A stretch of DNA of 64,000 bases from Candidatus Saccharimonadia bacterium (GCA_038230095.1 JBBRNT010000002.1:101341-165340), one strand, 5' to 3'; positions 28,587 through 37,556 are shown, counted from the stretch's first letter. Notes: generated from the sequence alone by a model not told the origin. A program made the numbers and translations.

Positions 28587-29558
28587 ATGCAATTTTTGCC
28601 CGTCGCTCTGCTCACTGTCTTGTTCGTAGCCATGTCGGCGGTCTGCTCCGGGCTGAACCTGTCGCTCATGGCACTCGACCTGCCCGATCTGAAGCGCAAG
28701 GCCAAGCTGGGTGACCCCCGTGCAATACGGGTGCTACCATTGCGCCAAAACAGCCACCTGAGCCTGGCTAGCATTCTCTTGACCAACGTGGCGGTTATCT
28801 CCACGACTTCGCTGGTACTCGAGCACCAGTTTAATGGCATCATTGCCGGCATTGCCAGCACCATGCTCATAGTGGTGTTTGGCGAGATCTTGCCACAGGC
28901 GTACTTTGTGCAGCGTTCGCTCGTAATTACGTCCTTCTTTGCTCCCCTACTACGAGTCATGATTGTGGTGACCTATCCCATAGCCAAGCCCCTACAGCTA
29001 CTGCTGGACCGCTTGTTTCGGGCACATGACGACAGCCTGCATACCAGGCAGGAGCTAGGCCTGATTATTGCCGAGCACATTGACCATGACGGCAGCGAGC
29101 TGGACGATGACGAAGTTACTATTATCCGTGGTGCGCTCAAGCTGAGTGAGAAACGGGTACGTGACATTATGACACCCCTCGACCAGGCCTACTGGATGAC
29201 ACCCAATACCCTCATTGATGCCGACAAGATTGATGAGATCCAGGACGAGAACTGGAGCCGTATTCCCATCCTGAATCCTCAGCTGACCGAGTGCTACGGC
29301 GTACTGCTCATGAAGGATCTGGTCGACATAGACTTTGACGAGCGGCCATATGCCGTGCACGAGCTGGAGCTCCATCCGACCAAGGTAGTGGGTAATATGA
29401 CGGCGCTGGACACCATGTTCCGCAAGTTTATCGGCTCGCATGCTCATCTTATGCCGGTAGAGCGCGGCGATAAGATTGTGGGCATTGTGACCATTGAGGA
29501 CCTTATAGAAGAGATTATTGGCCAGGAGATAGAAGACGAGACGGATGTGGAAGCCTAA
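28587..29558 (+). CDS. CNNM/DUF21 plus CBS domain protein (CorB/HlyC family)
   Basis: SGLNL, VFGEILPQ, YPIAKP, SRIP, VTIEDLIEEIIG. Confidence 0.9.
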   Translation: MQFLPVALLTVLFVAMSAVCSGLNLSLMALDLPDLKRKAKLGDPRAIRVLPLRQNSHLSLASILLTNVAVISTTSLVLEHQFNGIIAGIASTMLIVVFGEILPQAYFVQRSLVITSFFAPLLRVMIVVTYPIAKPLQLLLDRLFRAHDDSLHTRQELGLIIAEHIDHDGSELDDDEVTIIRGALKLSEKRVRDIMTPLDQAYWMTPNTLIDADKIDEIQDENWSRIPILNPQLTECYGVLLMKDLVDIDFDERPYAVHELELHPTKVVGNMTALDTMFRKFIGSHAHLMPVERGDKIVGIVTIEDLIEEIIGQEIEDETDVEA

Positions 29559-29626
29559 CTCCCCTATTTCTGGGTGATTTAGCCCGGATAAATCCAGATC
29601 ATTTGGCAGTTTCTCGATAGAAACAC

Positions 29627-29655
29627 TTGACAAATGTATGTATATGTACTATAAT
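29627..29655 (+). promoter_or_regulatory. Consensus sigma70 promoter
   Basis: TTGACA(29627-29632)-17 bp-TATAAT(29650-29655). Confidence 0.8.
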
Positions 29656-29724
29656 GTCTGACACTGAATGCAATTAGGCATAAGTAATCCGGTAATCCCG
29701 GATCGTTCAAAGGATCTTTCACAC

Positions 29725-30144
29725 ATGTTCACCATCATCCTGTTCATCGCCCGCAAGCTCTTTCCGGAGTACGCGGACCGCATCCGCTCGGCCAAGCGCA
29801 TCATCAAGGCAGTCGAGCTTGCGGTGCTGCTATTCGCAGTCGGCGTCGTTGGCTCGATGATCATCTGGCTGTCGGGCCACCACGGGGCCGCCTGGGCAGT
29901 CCTGCTCATCGGCATTGCAGGCTCCATGTTCTTCAGCTATCGCTCCTACATGAGCGGCCGACAGCTCGCGCGTAACATCAGCAATGATGTTCGTGGCGGT
30001 CTGAGCCGGGTGCAAAACACTCCGGTATGGCATGGAGATGACCTCCCGTCACTTGCTTCCCGCTACGGTCGCCCTAGCAGCAGGAATCCTTTCCTGGATC
30101 TGCTGGATGACGACCTGCCCGGTGGTAAGCGCTACGAGCCCTGA
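29725..30144 (+). CDS. Hypothetical membrane protein
   Basis: Two TM helices; AAGGA before ATG 29725; own promoter; long 3' hairpin 30160-30221. Confidence 0.65.
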   Translation: MFTIILFIARKLFPEYADRIRSAKRIIKAVELAVLLFAVGVVGSMIIWLSGHHGAAWAVLLIGIAGSMFFSYRSYMSGRQLARNISNDVRGGLSRVQNTPVWHGDDLPSLASRYGRPSSRNPFLDLLDDDLPGGKRYEP

Positions 30145-30454
30145 GCTCACCGTCCTCCCAAAATCCCCCGCTTGCGCGGGCTGTACCCCTTACCGGGTAC
30201 GGCTCGCCCGGCGGGGTTTTGCTTTGGTAGGCAAAAAACGCCCTCGGAATCTGATCTAGTTATCTGGTCTCGAGGGCCTTGGGATTAGCGGATGTCGGCG
30301 AGGACTGGGCGGCAGGCCCGGTAGGCACCAGGTGCAATGGGCATAATTATATGGCTAGTTGTGGGTTTGCAAAGGGAAAGCGAGCTGATGCTAGCCTATC
30401 CGATATGCAAATAGTAGTGAAATTATTAGATGAAACAAGTCTGCGAGAGCCGGT

Positions 30455-31078
30455 TTAACGTAAGTCTTTACCAGCTATCTCCGCTTTTAGCGTTACCAGG
30501 TATTCGTTCATAAAGTCGTATCGTTTTTTGCCCAGTCTTTTGCCGGTAGCTGTGTGTAGAAGGCCACCGTTTAAGTCAACCCACTCCATTTGAAAGGCAA
30601 TTTGCCCACAGATAGTTGTGGCTCTGCGCTCCCCTGCACCCGGGATTATATTTTTCGGTTCATAGTCAGGTAGGTGTGCCTTCGAGGTCGATGCCCGCAT
30701 AATGCCTATAGCCCCTAAGCCATCAATCATATCAGCATCTTGGACTATATGAGTTAGCAAGCCTTCAGTTTTCGCTTCACTATGGTCAGAAACTGCAGCT
30801 AGTATTCTTTGTACCGCCGTCACCTCGAATGATGTGTAATCTTCGAGGAGTTTCTTAGCCAGTGGCACACCTGCAGGCCCGTGACCTTTTTCCTCATCTT
30901 GTATCGTGCGGCCCATATCATGAAGTAGAGCGGCAACTTCTGCTTCGTTAACATCGTAGCCTTCCTTCAGCGCAATGTACTTAGCTATGCTTGCTGTTCT
31001 AGCGACATGTTTCATGTCGTGAGCGACATGAAAGGATTTGCTAAAATGGCCGGCGACTGCATCGTATAACTTTTGCAT
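30455..31078 (-). CDS. HD-domain metal-dependent phosphohydrolase
   Basis: AHDMKHV.R, ALLHDMG, VQDADMIDGLGAIG; visibly more AT-rich than neighbours. Confidence 0.88.
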   Translation of the reverse strand: MQKLYDAVAGHFSKSFHVAHDMKHVARTASIAKYIALKEGYDVNEAEVAALLHDMGRTIQDEEKGHGPAGVPLAKKLLEDYTSFEVTAVQRILAAVSDHSEAKTEGLLTHIVQDADMIDGLGAIGIMRASTSKAHLPDYEPKNIIPGAGERRATTICGQIAFQMEWVDLNGGLLHTATGKRLGKKRYDFMNEYLVTLKAEIAGKDLR

Positions 31079-31211
31079 TAACTAATTATAGCAATACTTT
31101 ATTGGCATACGGTCACTCTACTCTCTAACAAAATTGTGATGGGTTAACAGCAAATGGTGAGCAAAACTCTGACGATACAGATATAAATAAGCCATTTTGC
31201 ACATTTTAGAC

Positions 31212-31552
31212 TAGTCCCATGGGGAAGGCGGACTGCGTCCTTCTCCGCTCGCCCATTCTCGATGCTAGCATCTGCGAGTGGGCTTGCTACGCCGAACCCC
31301 CGCGCTGGCGCGCTCTTCGGGGTTCGCTCCCCCTCGGTAGAAATACCATAATAAAAACCCCATCTTTCGATGAGGTTTTTATTATGGTAGTCCCACGGGG
31401 GAATGTGGCTACGCCACTTCCCTCGGTGCTCGGGGAGTGCGTGAGCAAGCTCCCCACTCCCCTGTGCGCCTCGTCCACCGAACCCTGCGGGTCCTCTTCC
31501 CGTCGAAGTAATTACCATAGAAAAAGCCCCAGACGAGCTGAGGCTTTTTCTA
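31212..31552 (-). repeat. Two tandem tRNA-linked repeat units, each ending in a copy of the tRNA-Glu 3' end
   Basis: TGGTAGTCCCACGGGG at 31553 (tRNA) and 31385; TAGTCCCATGGGGAA at 31212; 16-bp-arm inverted repeats 31513-31557 and 31344-31389. Confidence 0.8.
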
Positions 31553-31627
31553 TGGTAGTCCCACGGGGAATCGAACCCCGGTTGCCGGAATGAGAATCCG
31601 GTGTCCTAACCGCTAGACGATGGGACC
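31553..31627 (-). tRNA. tRNA-Glu(CTC)
   Basis: GGTCCCA...CCGGA-TTCTCAT-TCCGG...GGTTCGATTCC...TGGGACT-ACCA cloverleaf; promoter TCGACA(31811-31806)-17 bp-TATTCT(31788-31783). Confidence 0.97.
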
Positions 31628-31822
31628 TCGTCGGAGTGTATGCTACTGCTTACGTCATACCCTATGACTTCAGCATGCGCTACGCTCCTCCTCTGCCTTC
31701 GCCACACAGGCTACGCCTTGGTCTGGCTCGGCCTACTAGCTGCGGGAAAAATGCAGCAGAACGAGGGCATTAGAACCAGATTAGAATACCATTTTGGTGA
31801 GAGTTTGTCGAGCTGTTTTTGG

Positions 31823-32959
31823 CTACTTGGAGGCGATGACAACGGGGAGCGGAGGCTTGCGGCTAGCCCAGAGTGCCTTGGTGATGGCGCCAATGCCCAG
31901 CGCAGAGGCTAGCAGGCTCATGAGCCCGCCTAGTACCGGGACAAAACCCAGAATCCAGAGTAACAGGAGCCCCGCGGTGGTGGCGGCCACTAGCCCTACC
32001 GGCTGGTTTAGGAGCCGGGCCAGCTGCTGGCCTATCCAGAGCGCCGCCACAATAGGCCCAACGAAGAGTAGAAGAAAATAGGCGCCAAAGATGGTCAGGC
32101 CAAGAGGAATGCCGAGGATAGAGATGGTAAGGAGGATACCGGCAACTGGTGCGATAAATAGCACTGCCATGCCCGTAAGAATGGTCTGGCCAGGCTTACC
32201 AGCAATCTGGTCAATGCCTTGCTTCCAGGCTAAGGGGAAGAGCTTCATGAGGACCGCAGCGGCAATAAGGGTGGCTAGGAGCCAGATAAAGCCCCAGATA
32301 GCATTGCCACGCTCCAGGTTGTCTCGGGCGGCTGCTCCCCATTGTAGCTGGGGCGGGTTGTGGCGGGTTGTGGCACCGCCAATGCTGGTACCTGGAGTGG
32401 CCACTAGGTCTGTATCGCTCCAGTAGTTCAGATTGCCGCCGACCTTACTGTCCTTACCGAGTCGTAGGGTGGTGGTGCCAGCGTCGGCATAGCTGGTAAC
32501 AGTACCATTAAGGGCTACCTCGGCGGCGGCTAGCTTGGAGTAGCCACCGACCGTGCCGTCTAGAGCAATACGGCTGCCGGCTAGGAAGGCATTGCCAGCC
32601 ACGGTAGTGTCCTTGCGTAGGTGTACGTCGCTACCGAAGGCGTAGACATTGCCACTGACATTACCGACTATCTCGATATTGCCCACGATGGCATAGACAT
32701 TGCCGCCAACCGTACCATTGATGACTAGCGTACTACCGGCGGCGTAGACGCTACCGGCAACGGCACCGTTTACTACCATCTCGCGTCCAGCTAGGTAGGC
32801 GTCACCAGTGACACTGTCCCCTACTGTTATGGCCTGGCCAGCCTGGTAGTGGTCCTGGCGGGAGGGCTGGTCACTACTGGCAGCCAAAGCGGCGAGCGGT
32901 ACAATAAGCGTGGTTATAGCCATAAATGCGGCGAGTACGGTGCGACGAGGTTGGTTCAT
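31823..32959 (-). CDS. Exported beta-helix (polymer-forming/bactofilin-like repeats) protein with multi-TM C-terminus
   Basis: Signal peptide; repeated VxGxVxGxVYAAG units; about five TMs; GGAG before ATG 32959. Confidence 0.8.
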   Translation of the reverse strand: MNQPRRTVLAAFMAITTLIVPLAALAASSDQPSRQDHYQAGQAITVGDSVTGDAYLAGREMVVNGAVAGSVYAAGSTLVINGTVGGNVYAIVGNIEIVGNVSGNVYAFGSDVHLRKDTTVAGNAFLAGSRIALDGTVGGYSKLAAAEVALNGTVTSYADAGTTTLRLGKDSKVGGNLNYWSDTDLVATPGTSIGGATTRHNPPQLQWGAAARDNLERGNAIWGFIWLLATLIAAAVLMKLFPLAWKQGIDQIAGKPGQTILTGMAVLFIAPVAGILLTISILGIPLGLTIFGAYFLLLFVGPIVAALWIGQQLARLLNQPVGLVAATTAGLLLLWILGFVPVLGGLMSLLASALGIGAITKALWASRKPPLPVVIASK

Positions 32960-32966
32960 AGGGCTC

Positions 32967-33347
32967 CTAGATACCGAGTGAGGCAATAATTTCGAGTAGC
33001 TGCGAGGGTACCACATCGGCCTTTATGAGGTAGCCGTCGGCCTTGGCTTTCAGCGCGTCCTTAGAGGCGGCGTCCTGAGCCAGATTGGTCAGTACAATAA
33101 TGCGGCTGTCGGGGAAGCCGGAGCCGTCTTCGCCACGGAGCTTGTGTAAGATCTCTATACCGGTCATTTCTGGCATCATAATGTCTAGTAGGATCAGATC
33201 GTACCCGCCTGCCTGGGCCTTGGCGTAGCCCTCCGTACCGGTATAAGCAAAGTCTACCGTGTAGCCGGATTTCCTAAGTACACGCGAGTACATGTCGCTA
33301 ATAAAGCGGTCGTCCTCAACGAACAGAATTTTTTTTGATCCAGCCAT
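32967..33347 (-). CDS. Single-domain response regulator
   Basis: VEDD, LDIMMP, LTN, YLIK; AAGGAG RBS. Confidence 0.92.
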   Translation of the reverse strand: MAGSKKILFVEDDRFISDMYSRVLRKSGYTVDFAYTGTEGYAKAQAGGYDLILLDIMMPEMTGIEILHKLRGEDGSGFPDSRIIVLTNLAQDAASKDALKAKADGYLIKADVVPSQLLEIIASLGI

Positions 33348-34839
33348 GAGCTTTCTCCTTGACCCCTTTTAGAGTATTATCCGGCACTTCGCCATTCCCC
33401 GCAACCGGGAAGCGGAACCCGAAGGTGGAGCCGCTACCTAGCTCGGACTCTACCCAAATGTGGCCGTGGTGGGCCTCGACGATAGACTTGGAGATAAATA
33501 AGCCCAGCCCGGTACCCTTGGTGGTATGTAAGCCCTCCACCCGGTAGAACTTGGTGAATAGCTTGGGTAGGGCCTCTTTGGGTATACCACTGCCAGTATC
33601 TGTCACTAGCACCTCTAGCTCGTCCCCAACTGCTTTCGTAGAGACGGTAATAGTGCCGGTGGGGGTATGGTTCATGGCATTCTCGACTAGGTTGTTTAGG
33701 ACCTCGGTCATACCGACTTCATCAATAATAATCTTGGGGAGCTTGGCCGGCGCCTGCAGTTTAAAGCTGAGGCCCTGGACGTGCGCGCGGGTGGTGTAAT
33801 CCTTCTGCAGCCCCTTGAGCCACTTGCTTGTGTCTATCTGCTGGAAGTTCAGCGCCAGATCGCCGCGCTCAATGTGGCTAATGTTTAGCAGATTGTTGAT
33901 CACTCCAGCGAGCTGCTTGGCCGAGAGCTCAGTACGGGTAATAATCTCTATTTCCTCGTCATTCAGCTTGCCGTCTAGCTCCATACGGAGGACGTCGAGA
34001 TAGCCCTTAATAGCGGTTACAGGGGTGCGGAGCTCGTGGGCGGCGAGGGCGACGAAGTCTACCTTCATTTCCTCTAGATTATGCGATTTGGTAAGGTCAT
34101 GGAAGGTCACCAGGGCTTGGATACCATTGGGGTCCTCGGGGAGCTTCACTGCCCGGACGTCCACATACAGAACCTCCCCATCGGCACGGTACAGCTGCAG
34201 ATTGCGCCACTCGCCTTGCTCGCGCTTGGCTACCCGGCGGTCGGCCAGCCAGCTGGCCATAATGAGCTCGCCGTCGCGGCGGAAGGGCATGACCTTCTCG
34301 GACAATTGCCCGGCTACCTCAGCGATACTCCGACCAGTCAGCTCCTGGGCGGCCTTATTGAAGAGCATGATACGATCGGCTTTATCTATGGCAAAGACAC
34401 CATCGTCCATACTGTCCAGTACGGCGCGGAGCTTGTTGCGCTCGGCGGAGATGACCTCCGTCTCGCCGGTGGCCTGCGAGACAATCCCTTGCATACCAGC
34501 CGCAATGTCATTTAGGTCGGCAGCCATGCTAGCAAACTCTGAGTCATGCTGGAAGTGGGTGCGGTAGCTCAGATTGCCTTGCTTCATCTGGTAGATGGCT
34601 TCGCTAATCAGCTTAATAGGGTGGCTCAGTAGCTCCGCGAAGATAAGGCCAAGAATAATTGCGGGCAGCAACCCAAGAATAGCGATGGGTACAGCAATGC
34701 CACCCAAGCCGAGTAGGCTGCTGCCGGGGGTGTTGCGGGTGACGACATACCATAGACTACTCACGATAAGGGCCGGAAATAGCCCAACGGCAAAGAACAA
34801 GACGATGGCTTGGCGGCGGAATTTTTCGCTTTCTCTCAC
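33316..34839 (-). CDS. HAMP-PAS sensor histidine kinase
   Basis: Two TMs, HAMP, PAS, AAHELRTP, NLVENA, DTGSG, GTGLGL. Confidence 0.93.
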   Translation of the reverse strand: MRESEKFRRQAIVLFFAVGLFPALIVSSLWYVVTRNTPGSSLLGLGGIAVPIAILGLLPAIILGLIFAELLSHPIKLISEAIYQMKQGNLSYRTHFQHDSEFASMAADLNDIAAGMQGIVSQATGETEVISAERNKLRAVLDSMDDGVFAIDKADRIMLFNKAAQELTGRSIAEVAGQLSEKVMPFRRDGELIMASWLADRRVAKREQGEWRNLQLYRADGEVLYVDVRAVKLPEDPNGIQALVTFHDLTKSHNLEEMKVDFVALAAHELRTPVTAIKGYLDVLRMELDGKLNDEEIEIITRTELSAKQLAGVINNLLNISHIERGDLALNFQQIDTSKWLKGLQKDYTTRAHVQGLSFKLQAPAKLPKIIIDEVGMTEVLNNLVENAMNHTPTGTITVSTKAVGDELEVLVTDTGSGIPKEALPKLFTKFYRVEGLHTTKGTGLGLFISKSIVEAHHGHIWVESELGSGSTFGFRFPVAGNGEVPDNTLKGVKEKAHGWIKKNSVR

Positions 34840-34907
34840 CTCATTATTCTAATGCTTGGCGCCTGTGATGGCTAGTGGCATTCGGTCTCGACTGATATAG
34901 TGGAAGC

Positions 34908-35372
34908 ATGAAGAATAAAATTACTATCATCGTGATTAGTATTGTCGTTATCGGCGGTATTGGCACAGCGGTCATACTGCTCAAGCGCTCAGCTAACAAA
35001 GGAGAAACAGCAATGGAAAACAATCAAAGCACTACACCAGTAACCAATCAGGCTAACGGGCTCAAGGTAGAAGACACGGCCGTGGGTACGGGTACGGAGG
35101 CTACTGCCGGCAAGAAGATTACTGTAAACTACACTGGCACGCTGACAGACGGCACCCAGTTTGATACCTCCATTGGGCGCTCCCCGTTTAGCTTTACGCT
35201 GGGTTCTGGTGAGGTTATTAAGGGTTGGGACCAAGGCTTTAGTGGTATGAAGGTGGGCGGCAAGCGTAAGCTCACTATTCCGCCTGAGTTGGGCTATGGT
35301 GCCAATGCCAATGGTAAGATCCCAGCTAACTCTACGCTGCTCTTTGACGTAGAACTACTCAACGTAGAGTAG
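34908..35372 (+). CDS. FKBP-type peptidyl-prolyl isomerase with N-terminal anchor
   Basis: VNYTGTLTDGTQFDTS, VIKGWDQG, IPPELGYG, IPANSTLLFDVELL. Confidence 0.96.
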   Translation: MKNKITIIVISIVVIGGIGTAVILLKRSANKGETAMENNQSTTPVTNQANGLKVEDTAVGTGTEATAGKKITVNYTGTLTDGTQFDTSIGRSPFSFTLGSGEVIKGWDQGFSGMKVGGKRKLTIPPELGYGANANGKIPANSTLLFDVELLNVE

Positions 35373-35398
35373 CGGCGTAATCGCCCTGTTGCTCCTTG

Positions 35399-35569
35399 AA
35401 AGACCCCTTCGGGGGTTTTTTGTTCCTAGTGAGGCTAGAGAAGAAATTCTCCCTACCTCCCATTTCAGCTATGACCGCGCTCGGTACTAGGCTACGCAAC
35501 ATCTCTGTCTTTCCTACTTTTGGCGGACGAGCAAAAGTAGGCAAAACTCTTGTCTATAGCTAACTACTC
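35399..35569. repeat. Dispersed structured repeat, copy A (includes terminator 35399-35421)
   Basis: 35513-35569 matches 51353-51409 at 52 of 57 positions; shared CATTTCAGCTATG upstream. Confidence 0.85.
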
Positions 35570-35688
35570 TCTCGCGAGACACTACCCCCTCATTGCAAGC
35601 ACAGGTACCATTCTGGTCCCCGGGGTAAGAGTACGTTAGTCCCTGGCTTGGCTTTAGATGTTAATTGCCGAGGTGGGGGTATAAAGTA

Positions 35689-36360
35689 CTATTTCAGTGG
35701 GGCGGAGGCCTGGCGGTTGTTGTCGCAGAACCGAGCAGCGTGGCTTTCGCGGCAGAGATTGTAGCCCATAACGCTTCCAAGCATTTGTGTGACGTCTATA
35801 TTAAAGCCCACGGCGGGGCCGGCTACGAGTCTGATCTGTACCGGGATGGTGCCTGCGCTGAGGCTCTCAACCACGCGGAAGCTCCCACGCGACAGGTCTA
35901 TGACCCGGCCAGTCCAAACTTCTGGACCGTAGTCATTTACTAGGCAAGTCACTTTCTTCCCATTGCGCAGATTGGTCACTTCTAGGTAGCTCCCCCGGCC
36001 AAAGGTGCGTGAGGCACAGGTGAGCGAGTCTGGGGAGGGCAACCCCAACGCATACCATGAGCCTTGGCCTGTCAGACTGGAGGAGGGCGCTACTACGGGG
36101 GCGGGGGCCGGTGCAGGGGCTGGCTCGGCAATAGTGGTACCGGGGTGGAGCTGGTTGCCCAGCTGTAGACCCAGACTTGGCCGGGTGGCGGCGAGGGCAA
36201 CGGCTAACGAACCTCCGCACAAGGCTACTACCAGAATAAAGAAGCCGCGGGTAATGTGCTTGGCATGCTTGTGCTTAATAATGCGTTTGCCGGCGAGAGC
36301 ATTGCGAGTGAGCCGGTGCAGCTTACGAGCATGCTTATTAATAGTGTGCCTGGCTGACAT
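35689..36360 (-). CDS. RlpA-like double-psi beta-barrel lytic transglycosylase
   Basis: TM plus PA linker; GSWY, TCASRTF, VTNL.NGK, VNDYGP, RVIDLS. Confidence 0.85.
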   Translation of the reverse strand: MSARHTINKHARKLHRLTRNALAGKRIIKHKHAKHITRGFFILVVALCGGSLAVALAATRPSLGLQLGNQLHPGTTIAEPAPAPAPAPVVAPSSSLTGQGSWYALGLPSPDSLTCASRTFGRGSYLEVTNLRNGKKVTCLVNDYGPEVWTGRVIDLSRGSFRVVESLSAGTIPVQIRLVAGPAVGFNIDVTQMLGSVMGYNLCRESHAARFCDNNRQASAPLK

Positions 36361-36362
36361 GA

Positions 36363-37556
36363 TTAGTACGTAACCAGCTTTCCGTTAGGGACGATGGAGT
36401 ACCAGGTGTTACCGACATTGAGAGCAATTTCTTTGCCAGCGGCGTCGAACAGCTGGGTGCGGGCGGTGCGAGAGGCCTTGACCCAGGTGGCTGTGGTAGC
36501 GCCACCATCTAGGAAGACCAGGGCTTTGCCCGTACCGACAGTACCCATTATTACCGTCTGCTCGCCAATGCGGGTAGTGCCATAGCTGGTGTTCATGTAC
36601 TCGACCACCACATTCTTCACTTTAATCTGTTGCCCACTATTGCGGTCAATATGTGCCTTGCCAGCTAGGGTGCGCAGGTAGCTATTGCTCGAGGCTTCGT
36701 AGGTATAGCCGGACTGGTAGCCGCTATAGGAGTAGTTGAGGCCAATTTGGGTATGCGACGGCGTAGCCTCAGGGCTATCGGCCTTGCGAGGGTTGGGTGT
36801 GAAGGTAGCCGGCGTAGCGTAACCGAGCTGTTGCTCCAGCTTATCTAATAGGTCGGTGGAGGTGTAGAGATTGTGCGGAGCGTAGCGGTCGGTGGTGCGG
36901 TAGAAATTGCCGCCGTGGGCAAACTGGTTCATATCCTTCATACCGGTCGGGCCAACCAGGTCTAGAGCGTCGGCATTGCCGCCGGCATGGGCTACTGGTG
37001 CGCCGTACTCGAGCGCCCAATCAACAAAGTAGGTGCGTAGGCTACGAACCGGCCCGAGGCTGGCTGGCTTCTTCTCGAGGAAGAAGGCTAGAAAGCGAGT
37101 AATGCCGCCCTCCGCCAGCGCCTCGTAGACCACGCCGGCGTCCTGGAGGCCACTTTGAGGACGGGCATCGGTATGGTTTTCAATGACAACAGCGGTGATG
37201 GGCCGGTTGGCCAGTGCTGGGTCCAGCTGCGCGCCAGATAGCGGCGAGGCCTTGGTGGTGGGCACGGGTGCCGCTACCGGGGCTGCGGCGGGTGTGGGCG
37301 CAGGCGTTGGGCTGGGCGTGACCACGGTGACCTTGGCCGGCTTATGCATAGCCTGGTAAGCAAAAATGCCACCGACCGTCAGGAGGATAGCGGAGAGTAC
37401 TACAACACCAGTAATAACCGTGCGCTTCTGAAGTAAGGGCGGTTTGACGGACTTGGGTATGGGGCTGTTTTGGTTTTGGGCTTTGACAGTGGCCACATGC
37501 TCGGCGAGCGTTTTTGGAGCAATTAGACTGTCAAGAGCTAGTTTTGGCTCTTCCAT
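36363..37556 (-). CDS. DUF3048 (YerB-like) membrane-anchored protein
   Basis: RPITAVVIEN, ARPQSGL, EGGITRF, GPVRS, APHNLY. Confidence 0.88.
   Translation of the reverse strand: MEEPKLALDSLIAPKTLAEHVATVKAQNQNSPIPKSVKPPLLQKRTVITGVVVLSAILLTVGGIFAYQAMHKPAKVTVVTPSPTPAPTPAAAPVAAPVPTTKASPLSGAQLDPALANRPITAVVIENHTDARPQSGLQDAGVVYEALAEGGITRFLAFFLEKKPASLGPVRSLRTYFVDWALEYGAPVAHAGGNADALDLVGPTGMKDMNQFAHGGNFYRTTDRYAPHNLYTSTDLLDKLEQQLGYATPATFTPNPRKADSPEATPSHTQIGLNYSYSGYQSGYTYEASSNSYLRTLAGKAHIDRNSGQQIKVKNVVVEYMNTSYGTTRIGEQTVIMGTVGTGKALVFLDGGATTATWVKASRTARTQLFDAAGKEIALNVGNTWYSIVPNGKLVTY

Noticed and set aside
29560-31210. Integrated island next to tRNA-Glu
   Set aside because: The HD gene is AT-richer, but there is no integrase and the tRNA 3'-end copies lie on one side of the genes rather than flanking them
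31212-31570. CRISPR array
   Set aside because: The repeats are tRNA 3' ends with a ~170-nt period and structured spacers; no cas genes
31144-31912. ORFs of 60-124 aa around tRNA-Glu
   Set aside because: They overlap the tRNA, its repeats and leader; no RBS or recognisable motifs
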